Below are positions 9,056 through 19,299 of a stretch of DNA of 64,000 nt, piece after piece; the stretch's first letter is position 1; the number at the start of each line of letters is the position of its first letter. The position numbers were made by a program, and so were the translations under genes. This DNA is from Pseudomonadota bacterium (GTDB taxonomy: Bacteria; Myxococcota; JACRCW01; JAFGSX01), in contig JBDRCO010000065.1 of NCBI GenBank assembly GCA_043821645.1, positions 1-64,000 on the forward strand, written 5' to 3'. Below the pieces are notes generated by a model. The model saw nothing but the letters and a program-made list of their open reading frames with translations. It was not told the origin of the DNA and searched no databases.

Positions 9056-9124
9056 GCGTGTCCATCATGGCCGGATTCCGGACAGCGGCGTCGTGCGCCG
9101 GGCTCCGGGCTGGCAGCGGATGCC

Positions 9125-10264
9125 TCAGTACATGCGCAGGATCTTGGTGCGCGGGTAGTAGTGCAGCAGGATCTTGTCGTAGCTGCGACCCTTGACGGCC
9201 ATGCCGCGGGCGCCCCACTGGCACAGACCCACTCCATGACCCGAGCCTTGCCCCTCGACGACCAGATCCTTGCCATCGATCCGGGCCTCGAACATGCGGC
9301 TCTTGATCACGGTGTAGCCAACCAGGCGCCGCAGGTCCTCACCAGACAGGCGGACCTCACCGCGGTCGGTGTCGAGGACCAGCTGGTCCACGCGTCGGGT
9401 CGAGGTCCGTTTTGTGATGCGCAGGGCGTCGATGCGCTGAACCTTGATGCGCGCGCCACGCAGAGCCGCCGCGACCTGGGACAGGGGGATGCGCGCCCGG
9501 TACTTCGCCGCCGGACAATCCGAGTCGAAGCCACAGGCGACGCCCGGGAGGTAGGGCAGCGCATTGCCCCAACCCTCGCGGGACGATTCCGTGTGCCCCG
9601 CACAGCAGGAGTGAAAGTATGTGCGGGCGGGCCGCCGATGATAGGTCAGGACCTCACCGTAAGTGGCGCGCGCGGCTTCCACCGCAGTAGGCGCCATGCG
9701 CCCTGCCCCACCATACACCTGGTCAATGACGCCGGCCTCCATGTGGTAGGGCCGATCCGGTGCGTTGAACTTGCGATGCACGGCGAAGGTGCGCGTCGCC
9801 ACGGCCTGGGCCTTGAGGGCCTCAGCCGGCCACGAGGGCGGCATCTCCGACGACACCGTGGCGGCCACGTAGGCCTCGATGGGGACCTCGTGCACGACCA
9901 GAAGGCGCGGTCGTCCTCCCCGCCTCTCGAGATGCAGCTCGACCTGGCGCTCGAGGCTGTGATTGCGCAGCACCAGCACGCCGCGGCTCAGCACCCGCAG
10001 GTGGTCACTCGCCACGACCTTGCCATTGACCCGGATACCCGCATCGGCTGGACCGACGCGCACCGGACTGCCCTGGGCGATCATCTCTCCGGACGCCGGA
10101 TCACTCACCACGAGCTCGGGTCCCGAGATCGCGATGTCGCTCTCGGCACGGTCCACCGCAATGCGCAGCATCTCCTCGGCCAGTGCGCTGCTCCCCGGCC
10201 CACATGCCAGGACGAGAACGGCCCACGCCAGGAGCGGCGATCCACGCCGGTTCGCCATGTGCAC
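9125..10264 (-). CDS. SpoIID/LytB domain protein (peptidoglycan lytic enzyme)
   Basis: E.YV..TVSSEMPPSWP.EALKAQAVATRT, DQVYGG, G.GHGVGLCQWGA.GMA; signal peptide. Confidence 0.93.
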   Translation of the reverse strand: MHMANRRGSPLLAWAVLVLACGPGSSALAEEMLRIAVDRAESDIAISGPELVVSDPASGEMIAQGSPVRVGPADAGIRVNGKVVASDHLRVLSRGVLVLRNHSLERQVELHLERRGGRPRLLVVHEVPIEAYVAATVSSEMPPSWPAEALKAQAVATRTFAVHRKFNAPDRPYHMEAGVIDQVYGGAGRMAPTAVEAARATYGEVLTYHRRPARTYFHSCCAGHTESSREGWGNALPYLPGVACGFDSDCPAAKYRARIPLSQVAAALRGARIKVQRIDALRITKRTSTRRVDQLVLDTDRGEVRLSGEDLRRLVGYTVIKSRMFEARIDGKDLVVEGQGSGHGVGLCQWGARGMAVKGRSYDKILLHYYPRTKILRMY

Positions 10265-10492
10265 GACCTCCTGCTACTGACCTTATGACCCCGGCCACGG
10301 GCCGGCAATGCAGCACGCAGGGGCCTCGATCCTGCCTTCTTGTTGCGCCAGCCACACCCACAGCGACGCACAGGTCACATCGAAGGCGCGAATATGCTCT
10401 CGGTGTTTTTCGTTGCCTCTTTCAGTCATCAGGTTCTTTATGGGTCCGACGCCACCTGTTGGCGCTCCAGCACCGCCACCACGAGGCTTTTC

Positions 10493-12016
10493 ATGCAACT
10501 CATCTGCGTGTCCCGGGGAACCTATTCCGGTGGTCGCCGGCTTGCGGAGAACCTCGCGGCCAAGCTAGGGCACAGCTGCCTGTCCCGCGAGGACCTCAGT
10601 GACGCGGCCACCTCGGCGGGTATTGCCGTCGGCAAGCTGGAGATGGCGGTGCTGCGCAAGCGGCCACTCAACGACTGGCTGAGCATCGAGAAGGAACGCT
10701 TCAAGGCCTTCGTCGCGGCAACCCTGGCCGACCGCGCCATGAAGGGAGGTCTTGTTTACCACGGTCGCCACGCGCACCTGCAGCTACCCGGGGTCAACCA
10801 CGTGCTGCGCGTGCGTGCGATCATGGACGCCGAGATGCGCGTGGCCCTGACCATGCAGCGACTGGGCATTCCGCGCGACAAGGCCAAGCTCTACAACGAG
10901 GAGATCGACGACGATCGCGCGCGCTACATGCGCACCATGTACGGGGTCGACTGGGAGGATCCCGCCAACTACGACATGGTCCTCAACCTGTCGCACGTCA
11001 ACGTCGACAATGGCGCCGCTGCCCTGCTGGGTATGGCGCAGCTTCCCGAGTTCCAGTCCACACCCGCCAGCGAGCGCGCGCTCAAGGACATCTCCCTGGC
11101 TGCGCACTGCCGCCTCGCCATCGCCGACCATCCACCGACCCGGCTGGCAGACGTGCAGGTTCGCGCCAGCAATAGCCGGGTCCTGGTGACCTACCTGCCA
11201 CGACAGCAGGCGCTGGCCATCCCCCTGCAACAGGTCCTGGCCAAGGTGGACGGCATCCGCGAGCTGGTCTGCACCAAGGCGGCCACGAACATCCTGTGGA
11301 TTCAGGAACAGCACGACGCCAGCCACGAGACCCTGGAACAAATCCTCGACCTGGCCTCGCGCTGGGACGCCGCGGTCGAGTTGCTGCAGCTCACCGAGTC
11401 CTGCACCCCGACCCTGCAGCCCGCCGAGGACCCGGAGGTGATGCTGCTGGGCGCCGTGCAGCAGACCGCGGACCGCGAAGGCCACGCAGGCATTCTCGAC
11501 GACTCGGCCCATGTGGACCGCTCCGAGGACACCGAGAACGCGCGCCGCAGCATGGAGCAGCTCATCACCGCGGGCCGGGCCGGTGGCCACCGACGCGTCG
11601 GCGGCGGACCCAAGGAGCTGCTCGCCAGCATCGACCGCACCGCGGCTTACAGCCTGGTCGTGGTCGGCGATGTGTTCCTGTGCAAGGGTGCCTCGGTGCG
11701 CAAGCGGCTGACGCAGGAGCTGATCGGGTTCCTGAGCGACAAGCTCGGCACGCCGGTGGTGGGCAGCGAGGAACTCAGGGAGCAGTACGCCTTTGGCGCC
11801 CGGCAGTGGTTCGAGCTGGTGCTGTTCGGCGGCATCTCGGCGCTGACCTTCGGTCTCATCATCAGCAACCAGTCCGCGGTGCTCAGCTTCATGAGCGAAC
11901 CCGGCACCCTGCACCACGTCCTGAGCACGCTGTGCCTCCTCGTGATCGCGCCCGTGTTTGCCTACCTGTATGGCAACTTCGCGCGCTACTTGCTGAGGCT
12001 GCTCAGGTTCGAGTGA
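10493..12016 (+). CDS. Cytidylate-kinase-like family protein fused to BON-like, USP-like and 2-TM segments
   Basis: MQLICVSRG..SGG..LA, VYHGR, YGVDWEDPANYDMVLNL; C-terminal two TM helices. Confidence 0.75.
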   Translation: MQLICVSRGTYSGGRRLAENLAAKLGHSCLSREDLSDAATSAGIAVGKLEMAVLRKRPLNDWLSIEKERFKAFVAATLADRAMKGGLVYHGRHAHLQLPGVNHVLRVRAIMDAEMRVALTMQRLGIPRDKAKLYNEEIDDDRARYMRTMYGVDWEDPANYDMVLNLSHVNVDNGAAALLGMAQLPEFQSTPASERALKDISLAAHCRLAIADHPPTRLADVQVRASNSRVLVTYLPRQQALAIPLQQVLAKVDGIRELVCTKAATNILWIQEQHDASHETLEQILDLASRWDAAVELLQLTESCTPTLQPAEDPEVMLLGAVQQTADREGHAGILDDSAHVDRSEDTENARRSMEQLITAGRAGGHRRVGGGPKELLASIDRTAAYSLVVVGDVFLCKGASVRKRLTQELIGFLSDKLGTPVVGSEELREQYAFGARQWFELVLFGGISALTFGLIISNQSAVLSFMSEPGTLHHVLSTLCLLVIAPVFAYLYGNFARYLLRLLRFE

Positions 12017-12067
12017 GCCGGACGGCGACCGCCAGCGGGTTGCAGGTTCCCATCTCAGAGGTCCCCC

Positions 12068-13165
12068 ATGACACAGTTTCTCGTCGGCAACTTCATCACC
12101 ATCGACATCTGGTCCATGGTCCAGGTCGTGGTGCTCGGTTTCGTCGGTGGCATCCTGAGTGGATTCATCGGCAGCGGCGGCGCGTTCTTCATGACCCCGG
12201 GCATGATGAACCTGGGGGTGCCCGGACCCATCGCCGTGGCCTCGAACATCACCCACAAGTTCGGCAAGGCCCTGATCGGCCAAAAACGCCATGGGGAGAT
12301 GGGCCACGTCGACAAGAAGCTGGCCGCCTTCATGCTGCTGACGGCTGCGGCAGGCATCAACCTGGCCGTGTTCGTGATGAAACAATTGTTCAACAGCGGC
12401 GATTCGCACGGCTCGGGCGGCGGCGCGGCCAGCAACCTGTACATCAGCCTTGTCTTCGTCATCGTGCTGGCGGTGGTATCCCTCTCGATGCTGCGCGACA
12501 TCGTGGCATCCCGCGCCACCGAGGAAGCCAAGCCCTCCCGCAAGATCGTCGACTTCCTGTCCAGGCTGCGCCTGCACCCCATGATTCACTTCCCGGTGGC
12601 CGACGTCACGGTGTCGCTGTGGGTGGTACTGATCTGCGGGCTGGGAACGGGCTACCTGGCGGGCACCATCGGCGTCGGAGGCTTCGTCGGCGTGCCGGCC
12701 ATGATCTACGTGTTTGGCGTATCGGCCCAGGTCGCCGCCGGGACCGAACTGTTCCTGGCCATGTTCATGGGGGCCTACGGCGCCATCAATTACGGCTTTC
12801 AGGGCATGGTGGACGTGCGCATGGTGCTGCTGTTGTTCATGGGCTCGCTGTTTGGCGTGCACCTGGGCGCTTACGGGACCAAGGTCGTGCGCGAGGTGGT
12901 GATCCGCCTGGCCACGTCCTGCATCATCATCCTGTGCGTGTTCAGCCGCGGCATCGCCATCCCCGTGTACCTGCGCGAGCTGGGGTACCTGCACTACGAC
13001 CCTGCCTGGGATGCCCCGCTGCAACTCGCCAGCAAGGGTCTGCTCTACGCCAGCGGCATCTCGGGCGCGGGGACCATCATGTTCTTCGTCATCAAGGCCT
13101 ACCTGGCACGGCGCCGGGTGCAGGCGTCCCTGGTGGCGGACAAAGACCACGCCGTGGCGACCTAG
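12068..13165 (+). CDS. TauE/SafE (TSUP) sulfite-exporter family membrane protein
   Basis: GFVGGILSGFIGSGGAF.MTP.MM.LG, G.IGVGGF.GVPAMIY, AGTEL; multiple TMs. Confidence 0.9.
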   Translation: MTQFLVGNFITIDIWSMVQVVVLGFVGGILSGFIGSGGAFFMTPGMMNLGVPGPIAVASNITHKFGKALIGQKRHGEMGHVDKKLAAFMLLTAAAGINLAVFVMKQLFNSGDSHGSGGGAASNLYISLVFVIVLAVVSLSMLRDIVASRATEEAKPSRKIVDFLSRLRLHPMIHFPVADVTVSLWVVLICGLGTGYLAGTIGVGGFVGVPAMIYVFGVSAQVAAGTELFLAMFMGAYGAINYGFQGMVDVRMVLLLFMGSLFGVHLGAYGTKVVREVVIRLATSCIIILCVFSRGIAIPVYLRELGYLHYDPAWDAPLQLASKGLLYASGISGAGTIMFFVIKAYLARRRVQASLVADKDHAVAT

Positions 13166-13200
13166 AAGGCCACGCCAGCGTCGGACAGACCGGAGGGGAC

Positions 13201-14037
13201 ATGCCCATCATCACCATCTCGCGGGGTGCCAAGAGCGGCGGCATCGCCCTGGCCAACGAGCTGGCCAAGCGCCTGGGATACAGGTGCCTGAGTCGGGAGA
13301 TCATCCTCGAGAGCGCGCGCACCTACAACATCGAGGAGGAGGTGCTGCAGGCCGAGCTGAACGAAGTCCCAAGCCTGTGGCAGCGTCTGACGCGCGAACG
13401 TGCCCGGTACCTGATCTTCGTGCGCTGTGCCCTGCTGCAAGCCGCCAAGCAGGACAGGCTGATCTACCATGGCCACGCTGGCCAGTTCTTCCTCGATGGG
13501 ATCCGCCATGTGCTCAAGGTGCGTATCGTGGCGCCTCAGGATCAGCGAGTCCGTGCGGTCATCGATGAGCAAGGCCTGGATCGCGAACAGGCGCTGCAGC
13601 ACATCGACGGGGTCGACGCGACCCGCAAGCGCTGGGTCAAGCTGCTCTATGACAAGGACTGGAGCGACCCGGGCCTGTACGACCTCACCATCAACCTGGC
13701 TTCCATGAGTCTCAAGGGCGCCGCCGACATCGTCTGTCACGCTGTCGATCGCCCGGACTTCGAAGCCACCCCGGAGTCGTTGCAGCAGGTGCAGGACATG
13801 TCCCTGGAATGCGAGGTGCGCGCAGCTCTGAGCTCCGACGACAGGCTGTGGGACCTGCCACTGCAGGTGAGCGCAGGAGATGGCAGCGTGCGGGTGAGCG
13901 GGACAGTCAAGAACAACGAGATCCGGGCAGCCATCGAGGAGCTGGTGGGCCATGTCAAGGGAGTGCAGAAGTCCCTGGTCGAGCTCAGCCTGTTGACCGA
14001 TCCGGTTCCGGGGGGAGGTGCGGCGGCGCGAGATTGA
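13201..14037 (+). CDS. Cytidylate-kinase-like family protein with C-terminal BON domain
   Basis: GGAGG RBS; MPIITISRG..SGG, IYHGHAG, DW.DP.LYDLTINL; BON-like LQVSAGDGSVRVSGTV...VKGV. Confidence 0.85.
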   Translation: MPIITISRGAKSGGIALANELAKRLGYRCLSREIILESARTYNIEEEVLQAELNEVPSLWQRLTRERARYLIFVRCALLQAAKQDRLIYHGHAGQFFLDGIRHVLKVRIVAPQDQRVRAVIDEQGLDREQALQHIDGVDATRKRWVKLLYDKDWSDPGLYDLTINLASMSLKGAADIVCHAVDRPDFEATPESLQQVQDMSLECEVRAALSSDDRLWDLPLQVSAGDGSVRVSGTVKNNEIRAAIEELVGHVKGVQKSLVELSLLTDPVPGGGAAARD

Positions 14038-15634
14038 TCGAGCCGTCTCTCCGCTCGAGTTCGGCGGGCACCGGGACGAAGGGCAAGTGCACGGTGAAGG
14101 TCGTGCCCCCGCCGAGGGTGCTCGCCACGTCGATGCTTCCGCCGTGCTGACTGACGATACCCTGGCTCACTGCGAGCCCCAGGCCCGTGCCCTGACCCGT
14201 GGGTTTGGTGGAGAAGAAGGGGTCGAAGATCGACCGCAACAGGTGCGGTGCAATGCCACACCCGCTGTCGCGAACCTCGATGGACAAGAAATTGAGCTCG
14301 TCTTCCTCGCGGGCCGAGATCCAGAGCTGGCCACCTCGCGGCATCGCATCAATGGCATTGAGGATCAGGTTCAGGAACACCTGAACCAGCAGGTTGCGAT
14401 CCCCGGCGATGGGAGGCAAGTGCTCGGCAACCGCGAGCGTGAGCTTGATCTTGCTGATGCGCACCTGGTTGCTGGCCAGGCGCACCACCTCGTCGAGCAG
14501 GACCGCGATCTTGAGCTGCTCGACCTTGGCCTCGGTCTCCCGGGCAAAATCCAGCAGGTTCTTGACGATGCTGCGTGCCCGCTCCGCCTGCTCGGTCAGC
14601 TCGTCCACCATCTCCAGCTTGGCGACGTCGCCCATCTTGAGCCAGTCCTCCTTGAGCATCTCCGAGGTGAGCATGATGTTGTTGAGAGGGTTGTTGAGCT
14701 CGTGGGCCACGCCAGCGGTCAGGTTGCCCACGGCCCGGATCTTGTGCGACTCGACCAGGATGCGCTGCCGCTTCTCGAGCTCGTACATCATGTGGTTGAG
14801 CGCGATGGCCACGTTGGAGAACTCGTCCTTGTAGCGCCGCGCCGGCAGGATGGGAGTGGAATCCCCGCTAGCAAAGCGCTGGGTCGCTTCCATCAGGCGT
14901 TGTAGCCGCGACAGGATGTGCCGGTACACGTGCACACCCAGGTAGACGCAGACCGTGAGCAGCACCAGGAACTGCACGATGGCCGCACGCCGGGTCAGCG
15001 TGATCAGGGCTGAGATCTGCGCGCGCTCGGACTCGTCGATACGGAACGCGTGCTCGAGCATCTTGGACCCGTGATCGCGCAGGTCGGTGACCTGGGTCCG
15101 CGCCTCCAGGGTGTCGGCGCTGTCGTGCAGGCCCTGGGTGACCAGGATCTGGTCGACCAGCGCGCGGTAGATGTGCAGTTCCTGCCGCAGCCGCTTCAGC
15201 TCGTCTGCCCCGACCACCGGCCGGATATCACCGGACGCCTTCTGCAGCATCTCATCGGCCCGCTGCACGTGCTGCACCACGTAGCCGATATCCGTGTGGT
15301 AGAGGAAAAAATTCTTCTCGTAGCGCCGTGCCTCCTGGAGTTCGTGCGTGAACATCTCGGTGATGGTGACGATCTCGACGCTGTGCTCGATCTTGGTCAG
15401 GATGAACCAGTTGGTGACCGAGACCCCGGCGGTGATGATGGACACCAGGGCGAACAGCAGGGTCAGGCGCGCTTTGATGGTGAACCGTGGCCGCTGCAAG
15501 AGCAGGGCGCGCACCTTGCTCTCCTGATCAGGATCACCCGGGTTGCCAGGGGGTCGGACCAGCTGCTCGCCAAGGATATCTGACAGGGGCGCAGGCCGGC
15601 TGGCTGCGGGTTCGCTGCACTCAGCGGGCGGCAT
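13985..15634 (-). CDS. Membrane sensor histidine kinase (periplasmic 4-helix sensor, HAMP, HisKA, HATPase; NtrB-like)
   Basis: 2 TMs, AGVAHELNNPL, QVFLNLILNAIDAM, DSGCGI, FFSTK..G.GTGLGL; start uncertain. Confidence 0.93.
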   Translation of the reverse strand: MPPAECSEPAASRPAPLSDILGEQLVRPPGNPGDPDQESKVRALLLQRPRFTIKARLTLLFALVSIITAGVSVTNWFILTKIEHSVEIVTITEMFTHELQEARRYEKNFFLYHTDIGYVVQHVQRADEMLQKASGDIRPVVGADELKRLRQELHIYRALVDQILVTQGLHDSADTLEARTQVTDLRDHGSKMLEHAFRIDESERAQISALITLTRRAAIVQFLVLLTVCVYLGVHVYRHILSRLQRLMEATQRFASGDSTPILPARRYKDEFSNVAIALNHMMYELEKRQRILVESHKIRAVGNLTAGVAHELNNPLNNIMLTSEMLKEDWLKMGDVAKLEMVDELTEQAERARSIVKNLLDFARETEAKVEQLKIAVLLDEVVRLASNQVRISKIKLTLAVAEHLPPIAGDRNLLVQVFLNLILNAIDAMPRGGQLWISAREEDELNFLSIEVRDSGCGIAPHLLRSIFDPFFSTKPTGQGTGLGLAVSQGIVSQHGGSIDVASTLGGGTTFTVHLPFVPVPAELERRDGSINLAPPHLPPEPDRSTG

Positions 15635-16013
15635 CTACCTGCAGTGCCTGCTCGGCCTTGGTGAGGATCTCGCGAAGATCCGCGGGCCGGAAGGGTTTGG
15701 AAAGAAAATCAAAGGCGCCCTTGAGGGTGGCCTCGCGGGCCAGCTCCATGGTGGCGTAGCCCGTGATCATGATGACCTTGGTGTTCTCGTTCTTGCCCAC
15801 CACCGCGCCGAGCACCTCCATGCCGTCGATCTCGTCCATGCGAATGTCGGTGACCACGACGTCGAAGCGCTTGGCTGCAATGCGCTCGACCGCGCTGCGA
15901 CTGTCCACGAAGGTCTCGACGGTGTGGCCGTCATTCTCGAGCGCCTGCTGCAGCCGGCGGCACACCACGATTTCGTCGTCGATGATGCAGATATCGAGCG
16001 CGCGCTTGCCCAT
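15621..16013 (-). CDS. Single-domain response regulator (receiver only)
   Basis: IIDDE, VVTDIRM..DG, ITGY, FLSKPF; ends right after the receiver. Confidence 0.9.
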   Translation of the reverse strand: MGKRALDICIIDDEIVVCRRLQQALENDGHTVETFVDSRSAVERIAAKRFDVVVTDIRMDEIDGMEVLGAVVGKNENTKVIMITGYATMELAREATLKGAFDFLSKPFRPADLREILTKAEQALQVDAAR

Positions 16014-16311
16014 GCCCTTCTCCCTTGCCTGCCGCGGAGCCATCCCGCTTGAGTTTCCGCAGCGAGAACACACGCATGGCATAAATGCACGCTGCGGCCG
16101 AATGCACAACACTCTAAGATGTTCTTGGGATTGCTCGAGGCAGCAGAACAACGTTGCTGCTGGGGGCCCGGGCGGCCCCGGCACTCGCAGACCAGCTCTC
16201 CACCCCGGGCACAGCGCCGGTTGACCACCGGGCCACCCGCGGGATAAACGGGGAACCCGCCGTCCCCGTCGACGGCACTGCCGCGCGGCCAGATCCGCGC
16301 CGAGGAACCTC

Positions 16312-18042
16312 ATGCGTTACAGCACCATGCTGATACCCACCACCAAGGAAATTCCGGCCGATGCCCAGGTGCTCAGCCACCAGCTCATGCTGCGAGCGGG
16401 CTACATCCGCAAGCTGGCCGCGGGGATCTACAACTACCTGCCGCTGGGTCTGCGCGTGCTGCGCAAGATCGAGAACATCATTCGCGACGAGATGGACCGC
16501 GCCGGTGCCCAGGAGCTGCTGATGCCCGCCGTGCAGCCCGCCGAGCTGTGGCAGGAGAGCGGGCGCTGGGCCAAGTACGGCCCCGAGCTGCTGCGGTTCA
16601 AGGATCGCAAGGGCACCGACTACTGCATGGGCCCGACCCACGAGGAAGTGATCACGGCCCTGGTCCGCGACGAGCTGCGGTCCTACAAGCAGCTGCCCTG
16701 GAACCTGTACCAGATCCAGAGCAAGTTCCGCGACGAGGTGCGGCCGCGCTTCGGCCTGATGCGGGGTCGCGAGTTCATCATGAAGGACGCCTATTCCTTT
16801 GATGTCGACGAGACGTCGTCGCTGAAATCCTACGATCGGATGTATGAGACCTACGGCAAGATCTTCGACCGCTGCGGGCTGAGCTACCGCGCGGTCGAGG
16901 CCGACACCGGAGCCATAGGCGGCAATCGATCGCACGAGTTTCAGGTGCTGGCGCAGAGTGGCGAAGACGCCATCGTCGCCTGCACAGGGTGTTCGTACGC
17001 CGCCAATGTCGAGAAGGCCGAGATCGGTCCCGGCCCGGATCCCGCCGCTGCAGCCCAGGCCGCGCTGGCCAAGGTCGACACGCCAGACAAACGCACCATC
17101 GACGAGGTCGCGGGCTTTCTCAAGGTGACTCCCCAGCAGCTCATCAAGACCCTGATCTTCGTCGTCGACGGCAAGCCCGTGGCGGCACTGTGCCGTGGCG
17201 ATCACGACATCAACGAGATCAAGCTGCGCGCCCACCTCAAGGCCGACGAGGCCACCCTCGCCGACGATGCGACCATTGCCAGGGTGACCGGCGCCCCCAC
17301 GGGCTTCGCGGGCCCCGTGGGCCTGGACCTACCCATCGTCGCCGATCAGGCCCTGCGCGGCCTCGAGGGCCTCGTGTGTGGAGCCAACGCCAAGGACACC
17401 CACTACACAGGAGTTTCCTTTGCCCGCGATCTGGCTACCGCGTCCCTGGGAGACCTGCGCACGGCAGCAGCCGGGGACCCGTGCGGTCGCTGTGGCGGCG
17501 TGTTCGAGGCGCACCGGGGCATCGAGGTGGGTCAGGTTTTCTACCTGGGCACCAAGTACTCCTCAGCGATGAAGTGCGGCTTCCTCGACGAGGCGGGTGC
17601 CGAGAAGCCGGCCATCATGGGCTGCTATGGCATCGGGGTGAGCCGCACCGCAGCCGCGGCCATCGAGCAGAACCACGATGCAGATGGCATCGTGTGGCCC
17701 ATGGCCATCGCGCCCTTCCACATCGTGTTGCTGCGCCTGGGGCCCCAGCCCGAGGTGAAGCAGGCCTGCGACGACGCCTACCAGGCCCTGCTCGCCCAGG
17801 GGCTCGAGGTGCTCTACGACGATCGCGATGAGCGCCCCGGGGTCAAGTTCAAGGACGCCGACTTGCTGGGGATTCCCATCCGCGTCGCGATCGGGCAAAA
17901 GGGTGTTCAGGGCGGCTTTGCCGAGTGGCGGCCGCGCCGGGACAAGCAGATGCAGGAGGTGCCGCTGGCCGAGCTGGCGGCGTTTGCGCGGCGCGCCGTG
18001 GACCTTGCACTGGCGGGCAGCGCGGGGGGAAGCTCGACGTGA
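16312..18042 (+). CDS. proS: Proline--tRNA ligase (bacterial type with INS editing domain)
   Basis: [51 protein letters not shown]. Confidence 0.98.
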   Translation: MRYSTMLIPTTKEIPADAQVLSHQLMLRAGYIRKLAAGIYNYLPLGLRVLRKIENIIRDEMDRAGAQELLMPAVQPAELWQESGRWAKYGPELLRFKDRKGTDYCMGPTHEEVITALVRDELRSYKQLPWNLYQIQSKFRDEVRPRFGLMRGREFIMKDAYSFDVDETSSLKSYDRMYETYGKIFDRCGLSYRAVEADTGAIGGNRSHEFQVLAQSGEDAIVACTGCSYAANVEKAEIGPGPDPAAAAQAALAKVDTPDKRTIDEVAGFLKVTPQQLIKTLIFVVDGKPVAALCRGDHDINEIKLRAHLKADEATLADDATIARVTGAPTGFAGPVGLDLPIVADQALRGLEGLVCGANAKDTHYTGVSFARDLATASLGDLRTAAAGDPCGRCGGVFEAHRGIEVGQVFYLGTKYSSAMKCGFLDEAGAEKPAIMGCYGIGVSRTAAAAIEQNHDADGIVWPMAIAPFHIVLLRLGPQPEVKQACDDAYQALLAQGLEVLYDDRDERPGVKFKDADLLGIPIRVAIGQKGVQGGFAEWRPRRDKQMQEVPLAELAAFARRAVDLALAGSAGGSST

Positions 18043-19247
18043 CCCAGGAGCGCGCGGTCCAGGACCAGACCAGCTTCGACCTCACCATCCCCCGGGCCGT
18101 GGCGCAGCGCCTGCAGCTCGAAGACAGCCACCTGATGCTACGCCATCGCGTCGGCGAGCAGCCCAGGGTCCTGCTGGGTGACCTGACCTTCACCAGCGTG
18201 CCCGAGGTGCTGACCATCGTCAACGCGGGCAAGAGGACCGGAGAGCTGGTCCTGCAGTTCGACGTGGCGCGCAAGACCCTGAGCTTTGTCGACGGTGAGG
18301 TCGTCGCGGTGCAGACCAACGTCCCCGATGACAGGCTGGGGGAGGTGATGTGGCGCCAGGGCATCATCACGCTGGATCAGCTGATGATCGCCACCGACCA
18401 GCTCTCCACGGGTAAGCGGCTGGGCCGCCTGCTCATCGATAGCGGTTTCATCGGGACACCACAGCTCTACCAGGGGCTCCGCGCCCAGGTGCGAGAAGTC
18501 CTGCTCAGCGTCTTCCACTTCCGAGGAGGCATGTTCTGTTTTGTCGGACACATGCCGCAGCTGATGACCCCACTCAGCCTCGAGGAGAGCACCGAGAGCC
18601 TGATCCTGGCCGGTGTGCACCAGCTCGACGAACTCAATCGCATGCGGCGGCAGGTCGGCAGCCTGGATGCGGAGGTGGCAGCGGTGTCACCGCAGCCGAA
18701 GGGCAAGCTGCGGGACATCGAGGAGGCCGTGATCCAGCTCCTGGCAAGCGCGCGCAAGCCACTGACCATCCGGGTGGTCCTCGAGCGCTGTCACCTGGGC
18801 GAGTTTCAGGGGCTCAAGGCCGTCGTCGAGTTGCTGCGCCTGCAGCGCATCGAACGCAGCCGTGTGCCCGAGCCCAGCAGCGCCCGGACGGCACGGACCG
18901 ACAACATCCAGCTCGCGGTGAACGTGATCAATACACTCACCCGCGTGCTCCACGACGAGTGTCAAGGCGCGGATCAGTGGGTGCGTCTGTACCTCGACGA
19001 CCTCGAGATCGCGGGTCAACCGATGTTCAGGTTGCAGCCTCCGGCGGACCGCTGCCAGCTGGATGCCACGGCCCTGCGCGAGCGGGCCCAGGCCCTGGCT
19101 CCCACGGCGGTCGACGAGCTGGCAGGTGTGCTACGCGACGCCATCGACTTCGCCATGTTCCAGGTCTCCGAGACCCTGGATACCGATCGTGCAGGCGAGA
19201 TCTTCCTGGAAGTCTCGCCCCTGCTGACCGGCGCCAGGGCGCGCTAG
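18039..19247 (+). CDS. DUF4388 (PATAN-like) domain protein
   Basis: GDL...PEVL..V....RTGEL, DRLGEVM.R.G.I, GKRLG.LL; GTGA overlap with proS. Confidence 0.8.
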   Translation: MTQERAVQDQTSFDLTIPRAVAQRLQLEDSHLMLRHRVGEQPRVLLGDLTFTSVPEVLTIVNAGKRTGELVLQFDVARKTLSFVDGEVVAVQTNVPDDRLGEVMWRQGIITLDQLMIATDQLSTGKRLGRLLIDSGFIGTPQLYQGLRAQVREVLLSVFHFRGGMFCFVGHMPQLMTPLSLEESTESLILAGVHQLDELNRMRRQVGSLDAEVAAVSPQPKGKLRDIEEAVIQLLASARKPLTIRVVLERCHLGEFQGLKAVVELLRLQRIERSRVPEPSSARTARTDNIQLAVNVINTLTRVLHDECQGADQWVRLYLDDLEIAGQPMFRLQPPADRCQLDATALRERAQALAPTAVDELAGVLRDAIDFAMFQVSETLDTDRAGEIFLEVSPLLTGARAR

Positions 19248-19299
19248 TCAGCACAAGCTCCAAAAATTCGTTACACTTCAGGCCAATCAACCTGGGTGG

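Noticed and set aside
11296-13200. Long N-terminal extension of ORF 11296-14037
   Set aside because: It overlaps two real same-strand genes in another frame; the real start is ATG 13201 with an RBS
16084-16107. AATGCAC direct repeat upstream of the response regulator
   Set aside because: Only two 7-bp copies, and the RR has no DNA-binding domain; insufficient support
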